Assembly (NCBI GenBank): GCA_030612365.1
Contig: JAUWOA010000003.1
Location: 1 to 56,239, forward strand
Length of the DNA stretch: 56,239 bases
Direction: 5' to 3'
Origin: Candidatus Thorarchaeota archaeon
GTDB taxonomy: Archaea; Asgardarchaeota; Thorarchaeia; Thorarchaeales; Thorarchaeaceae
How positions within the stretch are numbered: position 1 is the first letter of the stretch; each line of letters begins with the position of its first letter. Below the pieces are notes generated by a model, which saw nothing but the letters and a program-made list of their open reading frames with translations, was not told the DNA's origin and did not search any database. Positions 9,141-17,574 of this stretch are shown piece by piece. The position numbers and the translations under genes are program-made.

Positions 9141-10715
9141 TTGACTGAGGAATCCTCAAACCGTATATGCAGAGCGTGCAAAAGCAAAGGTGCCACTCAC
9201 CTGTGTGAAGATTGTGGAGCAGTGCTCTGCTTGAATTGTCTTGAAACCAAGTCTACATCTTCATACGTATGCAAAGATTGCCATAGTATATTGGGCACTC
9301 CGTTGCCCGGGCAAAGGTTTGAGGAATGCAGTGACTGTGGGTCTAAGAATTTGAGTGTAGGTAGGCGAATGGAGGAGATATGTCCCGAGTGTCACTCGAC
9401 CCGCACCATCTTGGTAGATGTGAAGCAAAGGAGCATTGCACAAGAACTCAGGCAGGCAATCAACAGCTTGCTGTATGGCCACACAAAACTGAGAGAATTC
9501 AATAACAGATTGATTGGAGCAAAGCGCCTGCTCGTTTCCTTGAGAATGGCTAACTTCTTGCACTATAGGTGGCTGGATGACAAAATCCAGAGCACACAGG
9601 AAGAGCTACCTGCAATCAAGAACCGGATAGGAAACCAAGCGGATATGTTGGCCAGACAAATTGCAGCTGAAACAAAGGGTTTGATGAACACTGCCTCCTG
9701 GTCCGCCTCCCAGTTTCCGTTCATTGAAGGTGTTACAAACAGGGTCACGCATCTGGTCAACCAGTACAGGCACTCTGTGGACGAAGCATTGAGTGAAGCC
9801 GATCTTATCTTGAAGGACGTTACAAAGCAACTAGATGGATTGAACTATTACCGGTCACAGTTCTCCGGTTTCTACAAGCAAACGGAACTCTCAATCAACG
9901 AACTGCCTGTATGTGCGCTACCCAAAGTCAAAGTCACAGGAAGCGATTTCCTCAAGCATGACAAGGCAACTGGCACTCTCTTCATCACGAACAGGAGACT
10001 CGTCTTCATTGGGCAGACAGGTGTTGTTCGCAAAAAGACTGAGATTATCTTTGACTTCCCGCTTCTCTACCTGACCTCTATCGAGGAGGATGGTAGATTC
10101 AGGAAGAGAATGGTCCTGAAGATGAAACAAGGCGAAGTGAAAGTTTCCTGCAGTGAGCAGACGAAGAAAGTACTACCGGATTACGTCGAGATTGCCAAGA
10201 AGTTTGACAGGTATATGCAGACAGACCTGCAGAAGGTACGGAAACTGGAGCAGGTAAATGTCAACGTAAGCGACGTCAGACTCAGGATTGAAGACTTGAT
10301 CTATTCGTTGAATACGGGAAGGAATAGACCGAGATCCTGCATGACATACCCACAGACACCGGCTGGAGCGCACTATGCTGAGCCATCAAGTCCTCAACCG
10401 AGGTATGCCCACCGCGACTACGGAAGCTACCGTCAAGGGGCTCAATTCAAGGACTACCAGGAAAGGACAATTGATAGACGTGCATATCAGCAGTATCCAG
10501 GTGCAAGAGGCGAGATGGCGGCAGAGATTGAAACCCTCAGAAGAAACGCATCTTCTTTGGACAATGCATTACGTGATACTGTTCATCTCTTCAGGGGAGG
10601 AAAACTTGTTCCAGAGGATTTCATCAGACGGTACAAGGAACTGATGCGTGATTCATACTACACAAGAAAGGAAATCGAAAGACAGTCTTCAAGAGATGCG
10701 GGCTACTACAGGTAA
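9141..10715 (+). CDS. ESCRT-I-like protein: B-box/Zn fingers, helical region, GLUE/GRAM-like PH domain, Pro/Tyr-rich linker, Vps23/TSG101 steadiness box
   Basis: CRAC-x7-CEDC-x4-CLNC plus three more CxxC; GTLFITNRRLVF...LTSIEE; C-terminal LDNALRDTVHLFRGGKLVPEDFIRRYKELMRDSYYTRKEI resembles the steadiness box. Probable TTG start at 9141 after GGAGG (ORF track starts at 8994). Confidence 0.7.
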   Translation: MTEESSNRICRACKSKGATHLCEDCGAVLCLNCLETKSTSSYVCKDCHSILGTPLPGQRFEECSDCGSKNLSVGRRMEEICPECHSTRTILVDVKQRSIAQELRQAINSLLYGHTKLREFNNRLIGAKRLLVSLRMANFLHYRWLDDKIQSTQEELPAIKNRIGNQADMLARQIAAETKGLMNTASWSASQFPFIEGVTNRVTHLVNQYRHSVDEALSEADLILKDVTKQLDGLNYYRSQFSGFYKQTELSINELPVCALPKVKVTGSDFLKHDKATGTLFITNRRLVFIGQTGVVRKKTEIIFDFPLLYLTSIEEDGRFRKRMVLKMKQGEVKVSCSEQTKKVLPDYVEIAKKFDRYMQTDLQKVRKLEQVNVNVSDVRLRIEDLIYSLNTGRNRPRSCMTYPQTPAGAHYAEPSSPQPRYAHRDYGSYRQGAQFKDYQERTIDRRAYQQYPGARGEMAAEIETLRRNASSLDNALRDTVHLFRGGKLVPEDFIRRYKELMRDSYYTRKEIERQSSRDAGYYR

Positions 10716-10716
10716 G

Positions 10717-11340
10717 CTAAATGTCCAGCTCGCTCTCCAGAGACCTGATAGCTTCTTCAAGTTCATCTGTTTGACTGGCAGGTCTAGTGGCAGTCGAGGC
10801 TTCTGCTAACCCTGCCTCCTTGTCTATCTCCTGCATAGCAGAAGCCAAATCATCCGATGTAATCTCCGGCATCGTAGCATGAAATGCATCATCAGCGATA
10901 CCACTCTCGATTTCGAATTCCTCTAAGCGCTGAGCTATCTCATCGACATTCGCGACTACTTTCGTGGCATCGGTTGCATTTCCTAGCAACCCAAGGATCT
11001 TGGCGACCTCATCCATGGCGCGATTCGTCTTGGCAGCTGTCTGTGCACGGTTGACATGAGCAAGAATTTTGAGAATGTTGAGCCGCGACCTATCAACAGA
11101 AAGCGCATACCTACGAAACCTGATCATCTCAGTCGCATAGGTTCGATATGCGTCCACCTGACCGGCCTTACGTGCACGCACAGCCCTGCTCCTGGTTCCC
11201 CGCTCCTCCTTCTCGAGCTTGTTCCTCTGTCGTTCGAGCTGTTTCGCTATTATTCGCAGTTGGCTCTTGACTTCTCCAATGTCAGGTTTCTTCCGACCCC
11301 AAGAGAAAGCCTTTCTTATCGTACCCAAGTGCCTCACCAT
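10717..11340 (-). CDS. ESCRT-III subunit (Snf7 family, Vps2/24/46-like class)
   Basis: Basic N-terminal hairpin (QLRIIAKQLERQRNKLEKEE), acidic C-terminal half and MIM1-like end DELEEAIRSLESELDI. Start may be TTG 11328 after GGTGAGG. Confidence 0.9.
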   Translation of the reverse strand: MVRHLGTIRKAFSWGRKKPDIGEVKSQLRIIAKQLERQRNKLEKEERGTRSRAVRARKAGQVDAYRTYATEMIRFRRYALSVDRSRLNILKILAHVNRAQTAAKTNRAMDEVAKILGLLGNATDATKVVANVDEIAQRLEEFEIESGIADDAFHATMPEITSDDLASAMQEIDKEAGLAEASTATRPASQTDELEEAIRSLESELDI

Positions 11341-11522
11341 GTCCGCAGGTTGTGACCCAACAAACGGAGATGCAAATCTGCGTTTAAACTTTCGTAGCCC
11401 GGCTTTGGCGCTGAACCGAAGAGATGTTTCTCGGGGGAATGGTTGATTCTCAGTTGGTCAACAGCGAAAATAAAACACAGACATTCTTAATAGCTTACAG
11501 CACATCTCACACTTGATTTCGC

Positions 11523-12752
11523 ATGTCAGGATCAGGTAGCGACAGGCTAGATATTGGGCTCAAGAATCTGCTCGATAAAGCGATAGACTTGGACAATAGA
11601 GGGATGAAGAAAGAGGCATGTCAGTACTATCTGCGAGCCAGCAAGATTCTCATCAAACTCTCAAAGTCTACGTCTCTCCCTTCTGTTCGAAAGCATTACT
11701 TCAAACGAGCCCAGGAGTGCGTTGACAGAGTTCGATACCTCTCGGGAATCAAGAAGAAGGCACGTGGACCAGTTGATGGTCTGCAGACTCCCCCAAAGAG
11801 CGATATCGGAGCAATCGCTGAATCGACTGTTAGTAAGCGACCTGATGCCACTCCCGAGCCAGACGAAGATACCAAGAGACTCCAGGAGATGATTGCGGAT
11901 ACAATTGTCACAGAGCGCCCCAACGTCAATCTGTCCGAGGTCGCTGGTCTTGAGGATGCAAAACAAGCCATCTATGACGCGATACTGGCACCGATGAAAC
12001 ATCCTGAGTTATTCAAGGGAAAAGCAAGGCAGCCATGGAGAGGCATCCTATTGTATGGTCCAGCGGGATGTGGGAAGACATTGATAGCGAAAGCAGTTGC
12101 AGCTGAAGTCAACGCCACATTCTTCAACGTGTCAGCCGCCAATATAGTGAGCAAATGGCTTGGCGAATCTGAACGTCTAGTCATGAGCCTTTTCGAGATG
12201 GCAAGAAAGAACCAACCAGCAATAATTTTCATGGACGAGCTGGACTCGATTGGTGTTTCAAGATCCGGGGATGATGTTGGAGGCGAAAGGCGGCTAAAGA
12301 CTCAGTTGTTAACAGAGTTGCAGGGGCTCGCAAGCGACCAGAATGAGAGAATTACACTGATTGGCGCGACCAATCTCCCGTGGGAGTTGGACTTTGCTTT
12401 GAGGTCCCGTTTCGAGAAGCGAATCCATGTGCCACTACCAGATAAGAGAGCACGGAAAGAGATTTTCAAGATCCATATCGAAGATGTAGAGATAGCATCA
12501 GAAGTGGACTTCAAGGAGCTTGCGAGTCTTAGTGAGGGATACAGTGGAAGGGACATCGGCGTGGTCTGTAGAGAGGCGGCAATGGAGCCCATAAGGGACC
12601 TTCAAAAGACAGGGAGGATGGAAGAGGAAGCAGAGATACTGAACCTTCGCCCTGTTTCAAGAGAGGACTTTCTCGGAGCCATTGAGAATATCAGGCCAGC
12701 GACATCCCCAGAAGATATCAAGAAGTACATTGACTGGGCGGAGGGTTCGTAG
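11523..12752 (+). CDS. vps4: Vps4 AAA+ ATPase with N-terminal MIT domain
   Basis: MIT three-helix region (KAIDLDNRG...ACQYY), Walker A GPAGCGKT, pore loop SKWLGESE, Walker B FMDELD, GATNLPWELD and SEGYSGRDI. Confidence 0.96.
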   Translation: MSGSGSDRLDIGLKNLLDKAIDLDNRGMKKEACQYYLRASKILIKLSKSTSLPSVRKHYFKRAQECVDRVRYLSGIKKKARGPVDGLQTPPKSDIGAIAESTVSKRPDATPEPDEDTKRLQEMIADTIVTERPNVNLSEVAGLEDAKQAIYDAILAPMKHPELFKGKARQPWRGILLYGPAGCGKTLIAKAVAAEVNATFFNVSAANIVSKWLGESERLVMSLFEMARKNQPAIIFMDELDSIGVSRSGDDVGGERRLKTQLLTELQGLASDQNERITLIGATNLPWELDFALRSRFEKRIHVPLPDKRARKEIFKIHIEDVEIASEVDFKELASLSEGYSGRDIGVVCREAAMEPIRDLQKTGRMEEEAEILNLRPVSREDFLGAIENIRPATSPEDIKKYIDWAEGS

Positions 12753-12755
12753 GGC

Positions 12756-13484
12756 TTGGGTGTCAAAGAGCGACAACGAGAGAAGAAAGAGACAGAAAAA
12801 CCTGTCAAAGATGCGGCCGAGCCCTCGACGGTCATAGAGCAGACTACTGATAGTGATGATTCCGCACATATGCCAGATATTGTTGTTGAAGTGGATGAGG
12901 GGTCCAATGCAACTGACACTATCGATACTGCTGTCGTTGAACCAGAGCAAATAATGGACAATGAAGCGGCCGCCGTAACCGAAATCGTGCCGCGATGGGG
13001 GAACATTGGAGAAGCTGAGTGGATGTATAACATTCCCACGAGGTCGCAGGACCTGGTTCTCTGGGCTGAAGAATGGGGCGACTTCCTGCTTGAATGGACA
13101 GAGTTTGAGAAGATTCATGTTCTCTCTGTTTCAGCATTCATTTCTAAACCCCCATTCAAAGACATACTTGGGAAAGTCAAAGCCTTTAGATCAATCGGAG
13201 ACTCGCTAGTTAGGAAAGACGTTGCTGCATGGCTTGGTCGGAATAGTGAACAACTCAGAGTGTACTGGAGGCCACTGGGGGAGTGGGCGGATTTGGTCTA
13301 CAGATGGGCTCTGGACTCAGGCATACTTCGTCTCGATGTGAAGTCACTGGTCATCCAAAAAGCAGAGCAGGATTTCTCGAAACTTCCTGAAGAGGACATA
13401 CACAGGATAATGGCTCTACTTGTTGAGAGAGGATTTGCCGAGTGGGTTGATAAGAAAGCTGGAGCCATTGTTGTTAAAGTCTAA
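12756..13484 (+). CDS. vps25: ESCRT-II Vps25-like protein with acidic N-terminal extension
   Basis: LVLWAEEWGDFLLEW, then tandem winged-helix pattern (VYWRPLGEWADLVYRWA; IMALLVERGFAEW). Starts 3 nt after vps4. Confidence 0.85.
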   Translation: MGVKERQREKKETEKPVKDAAEPSTVIEQTTDSDDSAHMPDIVVEVDEGSNATDTIDTAVVEPEQIMDNEAAAVTEIVPRWGNIGEAEWMYNIPTRSQDLVLWAEEWGDFLLEWTEFEKIHVLSVSAFISKPPFKDILGKVKAFRSIGDSLVRKDVAAWLGRNSEQLRVYWRPLGEWADLVYRWALDSGILRLDVKSLVIQKAEQDFSKLPEEDIHRIMALLVERGFAEWVDKKAGAIVVKV

Positions 13485-13489
13485 TCGAT

Positions 13490-14248
13490 TCAGGCTTCGG
13501 AAGTGCCTCCGCTCTCTGGATCATCTCTTGATCTCAAACCCGGGAAGTAGTACCGTCCACCCGTGCTGAATCTGATATCGGCAACAGCCATGCCAGCATC
13601 CACTAGACTAGTAAGAACCTGACGAGCATGATCTTCTGACCACTTCAGGGTCATCATGACCTCTTCAATCGAAACGTACCCCTTCAAGGCCGCCATGTTA
13701 ATTACGTCAGATTGGTCTCGACGAAGCTCAAGGGGACGAAGCTCCACGACCTTCACGCCTCCTTTTAGCGTTCGTATGCCGGGTATTAGACCGTGTTCTG
13801 CGACTCGGTTCACTGCCTCGATAACATCACTGAAGCTTACTGACTTGAACTGAGGAAGTCGTTTAACCACCTCAACAATCAGCTCTGCGAGACCCATAAG
13901 TCCCTTCGAAGCGTGGACTGTAGCGACGTCAAGAATTGCCAGCCCAATGTAGTCATAGAACTCGTCAAGGGTGAGACCTTGTGGAACAGACCTCATGGAT
14001 TGAACAGACAGGTCCAACATGTTCATTGCGTTAGGAAAGCTTTCGGGAATTCTCTCGTGGTCAAGGAACCGATAGATATCCGTCCCGAGGCGCCTTAGCT
14101 CACCGATGTTGGACTTTACTTCTTGAACCAGTGCCTCCGATTCTCTCTCGAATGTCCGGATGTCTACCGCACCGAGGTCGTATATCATCTTCAGTTGGTC
14201 CAACGTGGCAATTGAAGCAAATATCTCGGTTTGAAGTCGCTCATGCAT
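13490..14248 (-). CDS. Fusion of Vps28 N-terminal head and Vps22/Vps36 (EAP30) winged helices
   Basis: C-terminal ELRRDQSDVINMAALKGYVSIEEVMMTLKWSEDHARQVLTSLVDAGMA closely matches SNF8/Vps22. N-terminal TEIFASIATLDQLKMIYDLGAVDIRTFERESEALVQEVK matches the Vps28 head. Confidence 0.8.
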   Translation of the reverse strand: MHERLQTEIFASIATLDQLKMIYDLGAVDIRTFERESEALVQEVKSNIGELRRLGTDIYRFLDHERIPESFPNAMNMLDLSVQSMRSVPQGLTLDEFYDYIGLAILDVATVHASKGLMGLAELIVEVVKRLPQFKSVSFSDVIEAVNRVAEHGLIPGIRTLKGGVKVVELRPLELRRDQSDVINMAALKGYVSIEEVMMTLKWSEDHARQVLTSLVDAGMAVADIRFSTGGRYYFPGLRSRDDPESGGTSEA

Positions 14249-14344
14249 CGGCTTGCATCCCTTCGTATATCTAGATAGCTGACTAAGCTGACAGAGCTAA
14301 GCTCTCGTTACTTGCTTTAAGACGGAGTATTATTCCAAGCATCA

Positions 14345-15703
14345 CTAAGGTGTTAATCTATCACGGTCCCGTGGAAGGAGCGTTGCCTCCCTTATGTTCG
14401 GGATGCCAAGCAGCTGCATCGTCAGACGCTCTACCCCCAGTCCAAGACCTCCATGAGGCGGAGCGCCATACTTGAACGGATCAAGGTAGAATGCGAATGC
14501 ATCAGGGTTGAAGCCCTTGGCCTTGAATCTCTCGACAAGTAAGTCATAGAGATGTATGCGCTGTCCTCCCGTTGTGATTTCCATGCCCTTGTATGTGAGG
14601 TCGAAACTCTCCGTCATGCCCTCGTCAGTTATACTGGGCATCGTATAGGCTGGCCTGAGCTCCAAAGGATAGTGTGTAATGAAGACCATGTCAGTACCGA
14701 ACTTTTCTGGGAACACCTTGCCAAGAATACGTTCAGCCTCTGGATCAAGATCATCCGTGATGGTCAGGTCTTTGCCAGCCTCATTAAGCAAGTCAACGGC
14801 TTCAGCATACTTGATTCGTTTGAATGGGAGCTTCGGCACCTCAATCTCTACTTCTAAAGTTTCGAGTTGCTCAGCCATGGCTTCTCGCGTCCTTGTGAAT
14901 GAATGGTGGAGCATGTTCTCCTCCATTTTCATGACATCGTCCACATCTCGAATCCAAGCCATCTCAAAGTCAAAGGACGTATACTCGTTGATGTGACGTC
15001 TCGTATTGTGCTTCTCGGCACGGAATACCGGGGCAATCTCGAAAACGCGACCAAAACCAGCAAGTAGCATCAGTTGTTTGTAGAACTGCGGACTCTGAGC
15101 TAGGTACGCTTTCTTCTCGAAGTACTTAACCTCGAAGAGGTTGGCGCCACCCTCGGTAGCTTCTGCCACAAGCTTCGGTGTATGGATCTCAACAAACCTG
15201 TTGTCTTCGAGATACTCCCGAGCAAATCGCACCAAGGAATGTTGAATCCAAAATATTGCGTTCACCGTTGGCTTCCGCAAGTCGAGAATCCGATGGTTCA
15301 ATCGTGTATCTAAGTCGATGTCCACTTTTCCTTCTACGACATCGATTGGTAGACGCTCAGCAGTGTTGATGATACGAATTCCTGTAGGAATGATTTCTGC
15401 GCCTGACGCTACCTGCTTCGCTGCAACGACCTTACCTCGGATTGCTAGAGCGTACTCTGGCTTGAGAGTCCCAGAGGTCTCAAAGACTTCTTCTGAAACC
15501 TTCTTCTGTGGAAGTGTAATCTGGACTGTGCCATATTCATCTCGAAGGACGATGAACTTGATTCGTCCCTTGTCTCTGAGGATGTGCATCCAACCCACTA
15601 GAGTTACGTCTTGTCCGTCAAGATCTGGACCAATTTGATTGCTGTAGTGGGTTCTGGTCCAATCATCAAGTGGTTCGACATCTGCTCTCTCGTAGAAATC
15701 CAT
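14345..15703 (-). CDS. aspS: Aspartate--tRNA ligase, archaeal type
   Basis: OB domain (VGWMHILRDKGRIKF), TRLNHRILDLR, LAQSPQFYKQ, FRAEKHNTRRH and GAPPHGGLGLGVER. Confidence 0.97.
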   Translation of the reverse strand: MDFYERADVEPLDDWTRTHYSNQIGPDLDGQDVTLVGWMHILRDKGRIKFIVLRDEYGTVQITLPQKKVSEEVFETSGTLKPEYALAIRGKVVAAKQVASGAEIIPTGIRIINTAERLPIDVVEGKVDIDLDTRLNHRILDLRKPTVNAIFWIQHSLVRFAREYLEDNRFVEIHTPKLVAEATEGGANLFEVKYFEKKAYLAQSPQFYKQLMLLAGFGRVFEIAPVFRAEKHNTRRHINEYTSFDFEMAWIRDVDDVMKMEENMLHHSFTRTREAMAEQLETLEVEIEVPKLPFKRIKYAEAVDLLNEAGKDLTITDDLDPEAERILGKVFPEKFGTDMVFITHYPLELRPAYTMPSITDEGMTESFDLTYKGMEITTGGQRIHLYDLLVERFKAKGFNPDAFAFYLDPFKYGAPPHGGLGLGVERLTMQLLGIPNIREATLLPRDRDRLTP

Positions 15704-15836
15704 AGGTCTCGCCTCGTTCTACAGTCTACCAACTCGGACCCTGCAGCATTATGAGGCTTTTGGAGAACAGATATTTCGGAACTAAAAAAAGAGAAAACGT
15801 GAACAGATTCGATGCTGCCCACGTTCCTGTAGTGAA

Positions 15837-16049
15837 TCACATAGGCGCCGAAACAAGCTCGAATACCTTCTCCCGCGCGTCCCTCTCATGCTCTTGCTCC
15901 TCAATGAGACCTAGGTCCTTCAATCGACTCAAACCATAGTTGACTGTTCTCGGAGGCAAGAATGTGCTACTGATTAGGTCTCGCCGGGACATCCGGCGCT
16001 TACCCTTAAGAAGCACGTACAGAAACTTCGCGGAAGGAGGTAGTGACAA
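15837..16049 (-). CDS. Small winged-HTH DNA-binding protein (archaeal MarR/TrmB-like)
   Basis: LPPSAKFLYVLL...LPPRTVNYGLSRLKDLGLIEE...DAREKVF fits the conserved archaeal small wHTH family. Confidence 0.8.
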   Translation of the reverse strand: MSLPPSAKFLYVLLKGKRRMSRRDLISSTFLPPRTVNYGLSRLKDLGLIEEQEHERDAREKVFELVSAPM

Positions 16050-16188
16050 GAACGAGCGTCTGGCAAACGTGATCCCACCTTAGAGTTGTTGCCATATCGT
16101 ATTGTACCTCCATTCTGTTTTGCTTAGCAAGAACGGATTTATAGATAAGCCTTAGCTTTCATTCTGTCCTGCAAAGAGGAGGAACTTT

Positions 16189-16842
16189 ATGTACTCATTT
16201 GGTAGCCTGAAGATTGAAGGTCACGCGGATGAGCCAGTTCCCAACACGCTCTACAGACAGAGAATTGAAACTGAACAGATGGCGATTGTCTTTCCGGGCT
16301 TTGGGTACACATGTCAAATGCCATTGCTCTTCTACTCAATAGAGGCGCTTCTGCAAAAGGGATTGAATGTGCTTACAGTGGAGTACAACTACTCAAGAGA
16401 TGCACAGTTTCGCGCACTATCAAAAGAAGAACAAATCGGGCGGCTGCATGCTGATGTGGAAGCGTCATATCGTGCCGCTCAGAATCAGGGATACACGGAG
16501 ATCGTCACCCTCATCGGAAAATCCCTAGGAACTCAAGCTATTGCGCATCTACTGAAACAACATTCAGAGTTGAAGAATGCGAAGATTGTCTGGCTCACTC
16601 CACTCATTAAAGACCAAAACTTACGTGAGCGAATTATGGATCATGAGGCGGGGAATCTTATCGCTATAGGCACAGCAGACCCATATTATGACGAGTATAT
16701 CTTAGCATCATTACAGTCCAATCCAAGGGTGAGTGTGGTCCTTATTGATGATGGCGACCATGGGCTTCAGGTTCAAGGTGACCTGAATCAATCCCTTAAA
16801 GCATTAAGCCGAGTCGTGGCATCTGTAACTCGGTTTCTTTAG
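16189..16842 (+). CDS. Alpha/beta hydrolase
   Basis: FPGFGY oxyanion segment, nucleophile elbow GKSLGT, GTADPY (Asp) and GDHGL (His). Confidence 0.85.
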   Translation: MYSFGSLKIEGHADEPVPNTLYRQRIETEQMAIVFPGFGYTCQMPLLFYSIEALLQKGLNVLTVEYNYSRDAQFRALSKEEQIGRLHADVEASYRAAQNQGYTEIVTLIGKSLGTQAIAHLLKQHSELKNAKIVWLTPLIKDQNLRERIMDHEAGNLIAIGTADPYYDEYILASLQSNPRVSVVLIDDGDHGLQVQGDLNQSLKALSRVVASVTRFL

Positions 16843-17137
16843 CGACTCGGCATCACGCAGGCGTGGTATTTCTTAATTTGTAAAATCGGTAAGTGTCGAG
16901 GAGTGGCCCTAATTCCATATTAGTTAAATAGCAGGCAATTACCGCATACGCATCCTTATGAGCCACCAAGAAAAAGGAGTTCCGAACTACGATGCACGTG
17001 TATCATGCTAGTAGAGAAGATGCAGTGGTGCTTTTCTTTAATTAACAGTTCACCATTTGCATGCTAAGCTTTCGCTTGTGAGTGACTCCTACTTGATGGC
17101 ATCAAGGGAAACGAAGAAAATTGAAAATGGAGTGCAA

Positions 17138-17473
17138 ATGAATATGGCTGACCTTAAAGAGATTAGCAAGATCCTTGTTATGCTTGGTGGTATCCTCGGT
17201 GTGATTTTCGGAATTCTGAAAGCTCTGTTAATCACCGGCTGGGGGTGGGTTAGTTTCCCGCTCCTCGCCCTAGGAGGCGTTGTCGAGGGAATAATCCTTA
17301 TCTTTGTTTCACTGATTGTGCTTGCCACGAGCGGAATTGTAAAGATCCCGGCCCTGAAGTTCGATAACAACTGGGTTATCCTGTTGATTCTAGGGATCGT
17401 GATGTGGATATTCGGCGGCGACTTGGGCTCAATCCTAGTCATAGTCGGCGCAATACTCCTTGTAGTCAAATAG
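17138..17473 (+). CDS. Small Gly-rich multi-pass membrane protein
   Basis: About four hydrophobic segments. Start placed at ATG 17138/17144 after GGAGTG. Resembles 19011..19379. Confidence 0.7.
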   Translation: MNMADLKEISKILVMLGGILGVIFGILKALLITGWGWVSFPLLALGGVVEGIILIFVSLIVLATSGIVKIPALKFDNNWVILLILGIVMWIFGGDLGSILVIVGAILLVVK

Positions 17474-17480
17474 GTAGGTT

Positions 17481-17527
17481 GCTCATGCCCCGCGTCCTGA
17501 ATGGGGCATGGGCCTCCTCTCTTTTTC
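17481..17527 (+). terminator. Hairpin plus T-tract terminator between convergent genes
   Basis: GCTCATGCCCC-(11 nt)-GGGGCATGGGC stem followed by CTCCTCTCTTTTT. Confidence 0.6.
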
Positions 17528-17574
17528 TTGGTTCAACTACATAGCGACCAGATGACTTACTGTTGCCGCGTGCG

